Shown here: piece after piece, positions 19,872 to 30,792 of the stretch | How the letters are laid out: the number at the start of each line of letters is the position of its first letter | Numbering within the stretch: position 1 is the stretch's first letter | Assembly (NCBI GenBank): GCA_963715865.1 | Contig: OY970280.1 | Span: 2,290,844 to 2,354,843, forward strand | DNA length: 64,000 nucleotides | Origin: Candidatus Bathyarchaeota archaeon | Lineage (GTDB): Archaea; Thermoproteota; Bathyarchaeia; Bathyarchaeales; Bathycorpusculaceae | Reading direction: 5' to 3' | Notes under the pieces: generated by a model | Told to the model about the DNA's origin: nothing | The model's database searches: none | Seen by the model: only the letters and a program-made list of their open reading frames with translations | Position numbers and translations under genes: made by a program

Positions 19872-20783
19872 TTACATGAAAGCTCTGAAGATCGGATGAG
19901 TTTCTTCTAGTGGTCTTGTTTCGAGATCAGCTGCGGCAGATGCAATGTATATGTCAACTACTGCAACGGCTGGGAATACCCATTCTGCTTGTTCTGCTGG
20001 TCCAATCATTAGCCAGTTTGCGCCGACTGTTTGCATTATCGCGTTAGTAGCGGTTACGCATCCTTTTCGGAATTCTTTGGCAATGTTCGCTTTAACCCAA
20101 CCCATGGTTGTGACAACGTTTCCGCTGCCTAAGCCTACTGGGTGACCATACTTCTCTTTCATTATAGGTATGGTTCTTACTGCAGTGCCCATGTCAGGAG
20201 CAAAAGCGGGAATAGCAGTGTCAATAAGAGGCTTTGTGATTCCACCTTTCTCTGCCAATGCTAAAGCTTCTTGTATAACAGTCATCTTTCCTTCGAGGCT
20301 GTTGTCTTTGGGATTGTCAGCGAGCACTATGGACATTTTGATGCCACTATCTTTTAGAACTGCCAATTCAACATCAGTTACGCCTTTGTAAACTGAGTTA
20401 TAGAAGCATCTGTCTGATAAGCCCATTTTCTTAGCCATGATTGCAGCTGACATGCGTGTCTTAGGACTCATTGCATCTAACATGATTGGAGCATCACTAT
20501 ATTTAGCAACAAAGTCAATGTATTTCCCGAAGGCTTCTTCTGTTGTTCCGACCACATCGAAACCAAATGGAACGCCTGTAATGTCGCTTTGAGTTTGCAT
20601 CGTATTGATTATTTTTTCTGCTTCTTTTGCATCAAAAATGCCTTTGTTTGCATCTTGAACCATTTTCTGGCCTAGCCAAAAGATAGAACCAATCAGAAAA
20701 GTAGGTAGTTCACCTGGCTGACCGCCTACTTTTACTTTGCCTACTGTGTATATGTTTTGTTTCGTATTGAATTTGAAGGACAT
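19872..20783 (-). CDS. mtrH: MtrH-family pterin:corrinoid methyltransferase (stand-alone)
   Basis: FKF...KVGGQPGELPTFLIGSIF...KGIFD N-terminus; PLIDTA; no mtrA-G in the window. Confidence 0.88.
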   Translation of the reverse strand: MSFKFNTKQNIYTVGKVKVGGQPGELPTFLIGSIFWLGQKMVQDANKGIFDAKEAEKIINTMQTQSDITGVPFGFDVVGTTEEAFGKYIDFVAKYSDAPIMLDAMSPKTRMSAAIMAKKMGLSDRCFYNSVYKGVTDVELAVLKDSGIKMSIVLADNPKDNSLEGKMTVIQEALALAEKGGITKPLIDTAIPAFAPDMGTAVRTIPIMKEKYGHPVGLGSGNVVTTMGWVKANIAKEFRKGCVTATNAIMQTVGANWLMIGPAEQAEWVFPAVAVVDIYIASAAADLETRPLEETHPIFRAFM

Positions 20784-20802
20784 TTTTCCTCATCTGATGG
20801 AT

Positions 20803-21231
20803 TTATTTTTTGCCCATTGCCTTCTTTGCTAACTCAGGAGCTTCTTCCTTGTTCTTGCCATAAAGTGCACCGATTGCATCAGCATCTTCCTTTTTAACCG
20901 CAGCGCCGCCCATGATTATTCCGATTTTGCCCTTTAACCCGGCTGCTTTCAATGCTTCGTCTAGTTTTGGAAGATTGTTTTTTGCAGGTACTGTGTTTAC
21001 TGAAATTGCGATTATGTTTGCATTGTTTTCTTTTGCTTTATCAACGAAAACTTGTGGGGCAACGCTTTTGCCAACGTCGATTGTTTTGAATCCGGCGCGT
21101 TTGAGTGACCTTCGAACTGCTTCTTTTGCTGTGTCATGCATGTCTGGTTCAATGTTGCCTATTACAATTACGCCAATTGGATTCTCTGGTTCTGGAGGCT
21201 CTTTTTCCATCATAGATTTAAGCCATGACAT
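20803..21231 (-). CDS. Small cobalamin-binding (corrinoid) protein without a cap domain
   Basis: DMHDTAK (DxHxxG variant), GFKTIDVG and MGGAAV motifs. Confidence 0.88.
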   Translation of the reverse strand: MSWLKSMMEKEPPEPENPIGVIVIGNIEPDMHDTAKEAVRRSLKRAGFKTIDVGKSVAPQVFVDKAKENNANIIAISVNTVPAKNNLPKLDEALKAAGLKGKIGIIMGGAAVKKEDADAIGALYGKNKEEAPELAKKAMGKK

Positions 21232-21353
21232 TTAAACACCTTTTTTCCTTTTTTTTGTTACTCTGGGCTTTTTATACTCGAATTTCATATTTAAGCTTTG
21301 ACTAATAATTCCATCAATGCGAAAGCATAAAACTACGGAAAGGTGGGGAGCAA

Positions 21354-23657
21354 ATGTTCAAAGCAACCAGAAAACATGTCTTGCTATTGTTGATTTTCAC
21401 TTTCGCATTCATTTACCGTATGCTTCTAATGCTTTGGCAAACGTTTCCGCCAGGCGCTGACATCGGCTTACATAACAGCGTCATTAACTCAATTACACAA
21501 TCAGGTAACACAAATTTCCTATGGGATTACTACCAGATGGGCGGAGGATTATCCTTGACTTTTCCAGGATACCACATTTTCGCTTCAGGAATAATAATGG
21601 TGACTGGAATGCCTGATTATCTGGTGCAGTCTGTTATTGTAGCTTTGTTCTCGTCGCTTATTGTTTTCTGCGCGTTCTTGATAACTCGAACTGTATGGAC
21701 TGAATCAGCCGCTTTCATTGTCGCATTTTTAGTGGCAATCTCACGCTTTGATATAGAAATGCTCCTGTGGGGAGGCTACCCCAACGTAATAACCCTGCTT
21801 CTGATTCCTTTAACTTTCTACCTGTACCTTCAAAGAGACAGGTTTTCGCTAACGCCTTTTCTAGCATCAACCTCTATTTTAGTGGGCTCAATATTTTTAA
21901 CTCACTCTTTAAGCGCCGCCGTTTTCGTTAGCATAACAGTGGGCACCGTGCTCTGTGTAATGGTTTCACCTAAAACGTTTGGTACATCAAGGAAACATGT
22001 CCTTTATTGGTTGCTGCCAATATTTGGCGGAGCAGTCCTTGTTTCGCCTTTTCTAGCAAGTGCGGTGCCCGCATATTTCGATGCTAACTCTACATTTACA
22101 GGCGTCACTGATATTCAGCAGGCATTGCTCTCAACGAGAGTGCTTCCACTTGATATAGTATTAGCACTTTTTGCTTGTCTTTTGCCGTTCTTTTTGTTAT
22201 CGAAAAAATATAAAGGACGATTTTTTTCGCTTCCAGCGTTTCTCCTTATCATGTGGCTTTTAGTTCCCTTATTGTTAACACAGGGCTACATGTTTGGGCT
22301 TTATGTAGATTACAATCGGTTTCTATACTTCCTAATTTTACCAGTAATGATACTTTTAGCTATGATGATTGATCACGGCTCAGGATACTTTGCACAAGTA
22401 ATAGACACCTACCATGTTCTAACTAGCCAAATGCAGAAAACAAAGAAGACCGCAAACAAGTTAGTATCGCGAATCTCAACTCGCATAACCCGCAAAACTA
22501 TTTATTCTATCTTTTTATTGTGCTTCTTGCTTACCTGTCTCTTTGCCTTGCCAATCTTTCTCACTCCTTGGCAAGGCGTCACAATTCAAAGTTTCTACCA
22601 AGTTATGAACAATCCTGGATACCAAGCAATAGAGTGGGCGAAGCAAAACACGCCAGTTGGCTCAGTGTTTGTTTCTGATGCTCTTTACGGATGGTGGCTT
22701 GGCGGTTTCGCTCAGCGGCCAACTTTGAGTGCGGTTGACCCACAATATTTAACGGTTGCCCGAGAGTTGGCACCAGCTAAGGCTGCTAAAAATCTTCTTG
22801 ATACTGACTACATGATTGACAACGGTTACATTCAGGTTAGGGAAGATGGCGGATACACTGGTAGACATAATCCTATGTTTCTGGCTGATCTTAACTGGAC
22901 GTATTTTCCCTACTCCTTCTTTCAGTTTAATAATAGCGAGATTATGTTGCTTTCGCGGAATGGCGAATCTGTGCAATCTACCGACATAACTCAAATACCT
23001 GTAACTAATATGCAACTCGTCGGCGCGCAAACTGATAATCCATCTATTATTGTTAACAAAGGAAACAGCGAGTTCAATTACTCAGAAATTTTAACTGTCT
23101 CAAAAGGGGTTACATTCGCAAATATGACTATAGTAATCCAGAGCGACGCTCAAAATGTTTCCTTAGATTGGATTAATTTCATTTTAAACTCGCAGGGTAA
23201 ATTTCAACAACCAAATGGAAATACTATTGCAATGTTGGATGTAGGTATGAAGGAGTGCGGTCAACTGATTTTTGTAGAAAATCAGCCACAAGTTCTTTCT
23301 CTCAATTCAGAGAATCCGTGTGTTACAGAATTATCTTATAATTTACAAGGCCAATCTACAGCGGAAATTCAAATCTTAGTTGGAATCTACCAAGTTTCCG
23401 AAACTGACATAGAAAACCAAGCAAGCCTCAACAAAACGTTAACAGGTAATGTTCAAAATGCGCAAACACCAACTATCAGCTTGCCTATGGACACGTTCGA
23501 TTACCAAACAGCTATGCAACAATATTCGGTTTCATACATTGCAAATCGCGATTTTGAATTAAACCCAAAATTTGCTGATGACCCCGCATTTAACCTTGTA
23601 TTTATTAATAATGAAGTTGCCATCTTTAAGGTGAAATCCAACCTAGTTGGGAGTTAG
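21354..23657 (+). CDS. GT-C-like multi-pass membrane glycosyltransferase with a large extracellular domain
   Basis: PPGADIGLH loop after TM1, FPGYH, about 13 TM helices, SDALYGWW (AglB WWD-like position), sequon-rich C-terminal domain. Confidence 0.65.
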   Translation: MFKATRKHVLLLLIFTFAFIYRMLLMLWQTFPPGADIGLHNSVINSITQSGNTNFLWDYYQMGGGLSLTFPGYHIFASGIIMVTGMPDYLVQSVIVALFSSLIVFCAFLITRTVWTESAAFIVAFLVAISRFDIEMLLWGGYPNVITLLLIPLTFYLYLQRDRFSLTPFLASTSILVGSIFLTHSLSAAVFVSITVGTVLCVMVSPKTFGTSRKHVLYWLLPIFGGAVLVSPFLASAVPAYFDANSTFTGVTDIQQALLSTRVLPLDIVLALFACLLPFFLLSKKYKGRFFSLPAFLLIMWLLVPLLLTQGYMFGLYVDYNRFLYFLILPVMILLAMMIDHGSGYFAQVIDTYHVLTSQMQKTKKTANKLVSRISTRITRKTIYSIFLLCFLLTCLFALPIFLTPWQGVTIQSFYQVMNNPGYQAIEWAKQNTPVGSVFVSDALYGWWLGGFAQRPTLSAVDPQYLTVARELAPAKAAKNLLDTDYMIDNGYIQVREDGGYTGRHNPMFLADLNWTYFPYSFFQFNNSEIMLLSRNGESVQSTDITQIPVTNMQLVGAQTDNPSIIVNKGNSEFNYSEILTVSKGVTFANMTIVIQSDAQNVSLDWINFILNSQGKFQQPNGNTIAMLDVGMKECGQLIFVENQPQVLSLNSENPCVTELSYNLQGQSTAEIQILVGIYQVSETDIENQASLNKTLTGNVQNAQTPTISLPMDTFDYQTAMQQYSVSYIANRDFELNPKFADDPAFNLVFINNEVAIFKVKSNLVGS

Positions 23658-23665
23658 CTATCGCC

Positions 23666-25985
23666 TTGATGGGTAAATTGACAAAAGAGCGACAAATTGA
23701 AATCACTTTTATCACCGTTTTCTCAGTGTTAATTTTCGCCATCTTCTACACTCTCATATCAATGAACGGCGTAGTCTTAGGAAACGACTCCTGCTGTCCA
23801 CTTGGAAAAAGCCCAAATCTTTCTGCAAACAGGAAAAATACCTTTAAGTAACTTAGGCTGGACCCCTCCACTTTACGAGATTGTGCTTGCAATGTTCATT
23901 TCTTTTAGCGGCGCAACTGACATTGGGCAACTAATTTTTTTAGTTAAAGCTTTAGCTGTAATAGTTGATTGGCTTCTATTCCTCTCTGTTTATTTGATTG
24001 GTAGCAAATTTTTTAACAAAAAAGTCGGCGCTGTAGCGGCTGTTTTGTTGTTGATGTGTTTTCCTATGTACGAGGTTAACGCGTTTGGCGGCTATACCAC
24101 CGTTCTTGCTATAGCGTTTATGCTCTTGGTGTTTCTTTATCTGCCTTTGGCAGTAGAGAAATTCGGATACCTTCTGGTCACTTTTTTTGTATCTTTTGCA
24201 CTTGTTTTATCTCATCAGCTTGCTGCATTTCTTGCCGTCATAATATTGCCTCCAATCCTGCTTTATATGCTAATAAAATCCAGAGGGGCCTACCTTAAAG
24301 TGGTAATCGCATTAATATTAGGCGGAGGAATAGCCTTCTTCCTCTATTATTTTCAAGCTATGGTTCCTTACCTTGGCCTTGTCATCGAGTACGTGTTTTT
24401 TGCGCAAAAAAGTTATGCTTATCAGATTCCAGCAGCAAGTTTTAATTCTTTCATGGTTAATTTCGGTTTCATATTTTTCTTTGCTTTAAGCGGCATTTTT
24501 ATTTCATATTATCTTTTAAAAATACAAAAGAAGCTGATTTTTTATGTTATTTTGATGCTTAGTTTCTTTGTTCCTCTTTTTTTCGCTGAATCTTACATTT
24601 TTGGTTTGTATATGCCTTTTCAATGGTTTATTTACTATTTGACGGCTCCAATGGCAATTTTCGCGGCTGTTTCCCTTACCTTTATAGAAGAAAAGTTCGC
24701 AGTTTACTATGCCAAAAACAAAAAAAGTTTGCGTAAAAATTGGTTAAAGATAGCTACTGTTTCTATAATTGTATTAATGTCTTTAATGCTCGTTTTTCGT
24801 TCAAATGTAGTGTATGGAAAAATCATGGAAGCCAGCGTTTACTATTCGACAACCGACATAAAAGCGTATGATGCCGGCGTTTGGCTTAAACAAAACTATC
24901 CAAATGACGCAACAGTGGTTGTTACTGAAATCCCCGGATTTTGGTTTTCAGCTTTTTCTGATAAAAATGTGATTGCTCAAACTGACCCGACCGTCCAAAG
25001 AAATGAAATTGCAGAGTCCGTTTTGAGTTTATCGTACGAAATTCAGGATCCGCAAAACTTGCTGAGGGCTTACGAGGCAAAGGGCGATATTACCGACGAA
25101 AATTACGTCTCCATAGATCAAGTCTGGTATCGAGTATCATATTCTTCGGCCTCTGGAGATTTTATCTCATTCACCCAAAATGGGACGAATTACAAATTTG
25201 CTCTCTCTGACTTAAGCAGGGACATATCTTTTGATGAACAAAGTTACCCCGCACAGGTTGGGTTCCTATACTCCAATGACTATGTAGAATTAACGCAGAC
25301 AATGCTTGTTCAAAATGACAGTTACCCAATCAACGTTTCATGGGCTGTGACTCCGCTGCAGAGCGACATTTCCAACGTGACACTATATTTGACGGCTTCT
25401 TTTGATCTTCAATTTGACTTTGACAAGGCTCAGATACCTCAACTAATGGATTGGGTTAACCCATGGGACGTGTCTTCAAAAACTACTGGTGGTCCCGGTG
25501 GAGCAGCTTGGGCGGTTGCTACATTTACAAACTCTAACTTAACGGATAATTACGTAGGACTGTATGACGACAAAAATCAGCTCGCATACGCCTTTAACTT
25601 CACCGATTTACCCGACTGGGGCAACATTGGCGCCTTGGCAAGTAGACAAATAGATGCTGTGAGATTCCAATATCAATTCAACGAAGTCAACGTCAACCAG
25701 ACAGTTACACGGCAGTATCAAGTTCTTAGCTTTTCAAAAAATAGTTTTCCAGCATTGCAGCCAAACGAACTGCAAAGCCTCTTCGATTTCAAACCTGGCG
25801 AATTTACGGTATCAACAAGAGACTATAAGGACTACATTGCGGAAAATAACATTGAATTCATCGTTTATGACAAAAACCAACTTGATACTAAGATGGTCCG
25901 TTGCAAATTCTTAGAACTAATCTACTCAAACGACAGGTATGACATCTTCAAAATCCTGAGTAGTTACAATCAAACGCAAGTCTGA
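23666..25985 (+). CDS. Second GT-C-like membrane glycosyltransferase, split by a +1 frameshift near 23789
   Basis: ORFs 23666-23851 and 23802-25985 join as ...VLGND-PAVHLEKAQIF...WTPPLYE if one base is removed from GAC-T-CCT. Parallels the first GT-C. Confidence 0.7.
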
Positions 25986-26060
25986 AAATAAAAAAGTATG
26001 TTTTTCCTCAAGCCTAGAATAGGATAGCATCGGAATAAAAAAAAAGAAGAACTGGTGCGT

Positions 26061-27140
26061 TTATTGCTTTTTGAATAATTCAGGGTTTTCCTGCATGACT
26101 TTGGGGATGTAGTTGCAGGCTGGGTCGCTTTCGAATAGGTCGCCTGTGTAGTATTCGGCGCGTGTTCTGCATCCGCCGCAGATTTCTCGGTACTCGCAAA
26201 CTCCACATTTACCCTTAAGGTTGCTCTTGTCACGAAGCTTTAGGTGCAGTTCGCTGTGCTGCAGGTCATCCCAGACTTTGGTTAGCTTCTTGTCTTTGAC
26301 GTTGCCTAGGCGGTAGCCTTCGTGGAATCCGCAGCTGCGGTAGTCGCCGTTTTCAGTTATGCTTACATAGTTGCCGCCGATGGTGCATCTGCCCAAGTAG
26401 CCTTCGTGGTACCAGTCCCAGAAGTCGACAGGATTTTTCTGGCGTACGATTCGGGCGTAAAAAGGCGAGTAAACGTTGACTTTAACTTTGCCCATCAATT
26501 TGCGTTGGATGTCATAGATTTCGTTGAAGGCTTCCTCGTATTGTTCAGGTGTCGGCGCCAAGTCAGGCATGTTGCTTCCTGCTCTGCCGACGGGAACGAG
26601 GTTGTGGTAGACGATCATGCGAGCTTTGTATTCCTCTGCAAGTGCTGCAGGGTGTGCCATGTGCTTGATGTTGTACTTGGTCATGGTGGTGACTAAGCAG
26701 TCTAAAATATCGTTTTCGCTGAGTTTTTTCATGGCGAAAAGAGCTTTGTCGTAGCTGCCTTTACGTCGGATAATGTCGTTTGATTCCCTGTTGCCGTCGA
26801 TGCTGACAGCAGTGTGCACATTATACTTCACAAGGTTATCAAGGCGTTTTTGATCAAACGCAAATCCGCTTGTGATGAGGCTTACTTCCATGCCATACTC
26901 TTTTTCAGCATAAGCAATAACTTCAAAAATGTCCTCTCGAATCAAGGGTTCTCCGCCGCTAATGCCGAACCATGGGGAACCGAAATTGTGAATTTCATCA
27001 ACCATTTTTTTGGCACCTTTGGTGTCCAGTTCGCTGTCTTTGGCGTATTCTTTGGTATAACTGCAATATATGCAGCTACCAACACAGTTTCTTGTACATC
27101 GCCAAGTCACCATGTATACTGGTGCCTTATTTGGAGCCAT
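26061..27140 (-). CDS. Radical SAM/SPASM enzyme (AhbC/AhbD/NirJ-like clan)
   Basis: CVGSCIYC, SGGEPL; SPASM C..G...C...CGVCEYREICGGCR...DPAC. Confidence 0.92.
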   Translation of the reverse strand: MAPNKAPVYMVTWRCTRNCVGSCIYCSYTKEYAKDSELDTKGAKKMVDEIHNFGSPWFGISGGEPLIREDIFEVIAYAEKEYGMEVSLITSGFAFDQKRLDNLVKYNVHTAVSIDGNRESNDIIRRKGSYDKALFAMKKLSENDILDCLVTTMTKYNIKHMAHPAALAEEYKARMIVYHNLVPVGRAGSNMPDLAPTPEQYEEAFNEIYDIQRKLMGKVKVNVYSPFYARIVRQKNPVDFWDWYHEGYLGRCTIGGNYVSITENGDYRSCGFHEGYRLGNVKDKKLTKVWDDLQHSELHLKLRDKSNLKGKCGVCEYREICGGCRTRAEYYTGDLFESDPACNYIPKVMQENPELFKKQ

Positions 27141-27192
27141 TCAATATCACGGTTGAAAATAGATTCGACAATGCGATATAAAACTTACTCCT

Positions 27193-27207
27193 AGAAAGCG
27201 GCTTTCT
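27193..27207. promoter_or_regulatory. Perfect inverted repeat AGAAAGC-G-GCTTTCT just upstream of a TATA-like box of the SPASM gene
   Basis: On the minus strand it precedes TTTATAT (27183-27177); the gene starts at 27140. Confidence 0.35.
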
Positions 27208-27309
27208 GTTTCTTTACAAAAGGTTGCAGTACGCAATCAAGCCGTAGCATTATCTCGGTTTTAACAAGGATTATTTACTCTGAATTTCTCCTGAATCTTT
27301 AGCCAATCT

Positions 27310-27765
27310 CTATTCAGTTTTATTGCCACGCGTCCGCTTGTTTTGAAGTAACCCTTCAACGGTGAAAACGCTCAGTGCCAATCCAGTTATAAGCATTAAT
27401 AACAGGAAGAAAATTTTGAATTCGTAAGTTTCATGTGGAAAATGTATGATTAAAACGTAGAGTTCAACGATTAAAATAGCTAGGAAAAGAAGGGAGTAAC
27501 GCCACATTGTCGGTATCAAGCGGCGACCAACCCAGACGTATCCACTCACGTGCGCTTTGTTTTTTGCAATGTACTCGCCATACTCGTTTTTTTGTAGATA
27601 GCTAAGGTCTTCAAGTTTCTGCAAGTGCCTGTAAGCCACGCTGGGGCTGCTTAGGTTCACAGCTTTCATGACATCTCTGGGGCCGACTGGTTTGCCTTTT
27701 TTTACAACGTACAAGTATACGTTTAATGTGATTCCTTCCAGTTCCTCGCTATTGGCCCTCGTCAC
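27310..27765 (-). CDS. Winged-HTH regulator with two C-terminal TM helices
   Basis: VYLYVVKKGKPVGPRDVM...LSSPSVAYRHLQKL followed by two hydrophobic segments. Confidence 0.8.
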   Translation of the reverse strand: MTRANSEELEGITLNVYLYVVKKGKPVGPRDVMKAVNLSSPSVAYRHLQKLEDLSYLQKNEYGEYIAKNKAHVSGYVWVGRRLIPTMWRYSLLFLAILIVELYVLIIHFPHETYEFKIFFLLLMLITGLALSVFTVEGLLQNKRTRGNKTE

Positions 27766-28101
27766 GTTTAAGCCTCACACGTAAAATGATGTTTAGCAAT
27801 TTAGCGTATTAGCTTTGCTCAAAGGATTCTGTTTTTTTCACGCTTCTTGAAAAAGATTTTCTAAACGCTTTGTATAGCGAGGTGCTATAAACTTTTAAGA
27901 CTGCCAAAAAACTCACTTGGCACCATCACAAATGAGAAATCAATCAAGTGAGACAATTTTGCTCTTCAAAAGAAAACCCCCGTTGGCTTTTACTTTCCCA
28001 TTTTTCTTTCTTAAATATAGAACATGCATTAGATTTTGGGAAAGTCTTATAAAACCAACCAGCGCTAAATTGAAAGTAGAAATCAAGGAGATTATGAAAG
28101 A

Positions 28102-29463
28102 ATGTCTAAACCAAAAGAATATTCATGGATGACTAAAAACAAACTAATGACTTACACCTTCTTCTCACTCGTCATACTTACCGTCATCACAGCGGCTCTC
28201 TGGTCCACTGAGACAACCCCATCAGGCTGGAACCTTGGGCTTACATTAGGCATCAATGCCGTAATCGCTGTCGGTATCGCCGTAGGACTTGACGCTTTTC
28301 TGCACAAAATCGCAGCTGACAGTCCACTTAACCTCATGTCCGCCGCCGTTTTCGGCTTAATCGTCACGGGCTGCTATACGCTCGGCGTGCCCACCATGCG
28401 CACAGTGGAGCTGTTTCCTCTGGAGGCACCTCAGTGTTTCGTCTATGTTGCGCTGATGTCTATCATAGGTTTGGTCATTTTCAAAAAGATCGTCGGCCTT
28501 TCAGGCAGAAAATATGTGAATCCTGCGGCAGCTGCAAAAGTCGTCGTCATGATACCATTCATCAACACGTTGCTAATAGCAATAGATCATCTAAAAAGCT
28601 CTGCGCTTGGCGTACCTTTATTGTCAGGTCCAATTGGCTTATCCAGCCCTGTAAACGGCAACGGCCTATCCGGATTCGGTGCCTATGTAATCAGTTGCTT
28701 CTCTAACGCCAACCTCGCGGTTCCGGCAGCAACAACCAACAACTTACTTCAAGTCATGTTTCTAGACAAGTTCCACGCCTGGCCTGGAGGCGCCTCAACT
28801 ATCGCTGTCATCGTCGTCGGAATTGCTTTCTTCGCCGTAGCACGCAGATACGTGAAATGGAGAATAACTGTAAGCTATCTTGTGACCGCCGCTATAATGG
28901 CCTTGCTCTTGTCTTTTGCTTACGGTGACGCAGACTTAACTGTGAGACTTCTGTTTACACTGTTCATCGGAAGCTCGATATTCTTGGCGTTCTTTATGGC
29001 GACAGATCCTGCAACCACCCCGCTAACCTACACAGGACAAGCAATTTTCGGAGTAGGCGTCGCAATATTGACAGTGCTCATGGAGACCTACATGCAGTTC
29101 TTCGGTGCCTCCTTTGTAGCGTTAATCATCATGAACTTAACTGTGCCAGCACTTGACAGAATCGGCAAGCTCAAACCCACAACCGAAACCAAAGAACCCA
29201 AGCTGCCGAGAGCCAAAGCATTCGCCCCTGAAAAAGTCAAAGAGTACCAATGCATGAGATGCGGCGTTTGTGTGCGTGTATGTTGCCATAAACTCAGCCC
29301 GATAATGATTAAGCAAGCGTTTGACAAATTAGATGTTGAAGCCATGAGCAAGCTCAATGCGGATTATTGCACTGGCTGTGGACACTGCAGTTACGTTTGC
29401 CCCTCAAGAATCGACTTGAAAGGTGCCGTGCTGCGATCAAAAGCTATGTTGCGGCAGCAATAA
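28102..29463 (+). CDS. RnfD/NqrB-family membrane protein fused to a 2x[4Fe-4S] domain
   Basis: NPAAAA, RRYVKWRI and FFMATDPATTP motifs; C-terminal CMRCGVCVRVCC and CTGCGHCSYVCPSRIDL. Confidence 0.85.
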   Translation: MSKPKEYSWMTKNKLMTYTFFSLVILTVITAALWSTETTPSGWNLGLTLGINAVIAVGIAVGLDAFLHKIAADSPLNLMSAAVFGLIVTGCYTLGVPTMRTVELFPLEAPQCFVYVALMSIIGLVIFKKIVGLSGRKYVNPAAAAKVVVMIPFINTLLIAIDHLKSSALGVPLLSGPIGLSSPVNGNGLSGFGAYVISCFSNANLAVPAATTNNLLQVMFLDKFHAWPGGASTIAVIVVGIAFFAVARRYVKWRITVSYLVTAAIMALLLSFAYGDADLTVRLLFTLFIGSSIFLAFFMATDPATTPLTYTGQAIFGVGVAILTVLMETYMQFFGASFVALIIMNLTVPALDRIGKLKPTTETKEPKLPRAKAFAPEKVKEYQCMRCGVCVRVCCHKLSPIMIKQAFDKLDVEAMSKLNADYCTGCGHCSYVCPSRIDLKGAVLRSKAMLRQQ

Positions 29464-29619
29464 AAAACTTTTATTTCCTTAACCCTTTTCTTTTATTTTA
29501 TCTCATTTAACAAAAAACTTCTTTAAATCAGCATTTTTCAAAGCTACACTTTGCATACCAAGCTTGCAAGCATTAAGCTTATTAACATGCCACCGCGTAA
29601 ATAATTCAAGGGATAAAAA

Positions 29620-30283
29620 TTGGAAACTGAAAAATTTAAACTGGCTGACATATTCTACGGTATTGTCATACCAATCATTCTAGTGCTACTGATCTTCTTT
29701 CTTAGCAATCTATGTCAACGTCAGTGGAACCTACCACATACTCGGAGCTACTAATACAATTGCTGTCATTCTAACCTCTGGCTTTGCTCAAATGATCGTT
29801 CTCGGCATCCCACTAGTGCTAGGCTTAGTCTGGAATAAATGGGCTGGCGGTGCAGCAGGCTTTATCATGGGTGGCCTCTATTACGTAGCCAGCGCAGGGC
29901 TTTACACAGGATACTATGCAGGTTCGACCCCGGCGTACAACTTTTACGGCGACATGAGCATGCTAGGATACCTCGTTAACGCTGTTATCATAGGCTACAT
30001 GGCTGGAGCATTGAACAACAAATCAACGAATTTCAAACGAATGCTAGGAGCAGGCATGACAGCTGCGGTGATAACTGCAGTAATCCAAGCTTACCTCAAC
30101 AATACTGTCTCACTTGCGCCGGCGCGGGCCATGAACCATGGACTTTGGGCAGACACATCGATACTGGCACCTGGAGTGTATGGCTTTATCTTAGCCTTCG
30201 TTCCGAGCATTGCTTTAGGCATAATAGTACCTATTATTGCTAAAGTAATGACGTGGTATGGGCTTCAGCCGATGAGGCATTAA
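29620..30283 (+). CDS. Multi-pass membrane protein (S-component-like), +1 frameshift near 29700
   Basis: TTG start METEKFKLADIFYGIVIPIILVLLIFF joins LAIYVNVSGTYH...MIVLGIPLVLG (ORF 29792) if one base is removed. Confidence 0.65.
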
Positions 30284-30792
30284 AATTCCCTTTCTCTTTT
30301 CTTTTTTAATTTTCTTAAAAGTATGTACTTTGCTCCTTTTGGCGTCGTCTTGTGTGTACAGCTTTCCTCTTTGTTTTATGTTGATTTGAGCATTTTTGTT
30401 GATGAATTCCGTTAACAAATAGTAGGGTACCCCTATAGGTAGCGTTTGTGTGTGTACAGCCTACCCCTCCGGTCTACTATATGCTTCTAATATGCTCCAA
30501 CTATGATTCAACATAGAAGTGCATTGTCTTAATGCCTGCACTTTTCAACATGAATTGGTTTGTTTTTATGTTGATACAAACTGGTTTTATTGTTATTCTA
30601 ACATGCAGTGGCATTTTTAACGGCAGCATTCCATCCTAGAGCAAGTTTTTTTATAACGCTGTCCTTTACAGAAGACAAGGCGTCAGACTGAAGGATATGC
30701 TCCTAATAGGCTTCCAACTTCATTAAAAAAATACGTTCTTTTTTTGATTTTGTAGAAAGATTTTTGTTAGAAAACGTTTTGTGAAAAAAATT

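Noticed and set aside
17925-30435. TAGGG-N3-CCCTA at 17925-17937 and 30423-30435
   Set aside because: There are only two copies, and one lies between convergent genes, so a shared operator role is unsupported.
30215-30639. Small ORFs 30215-30418 (-) and 30532-30639 (+) as RiPP precursor candidates
   Set aside because: No leader/core pattern, no repeats and no clear promoter or RBS. One overlaps a gene end and its terminator.
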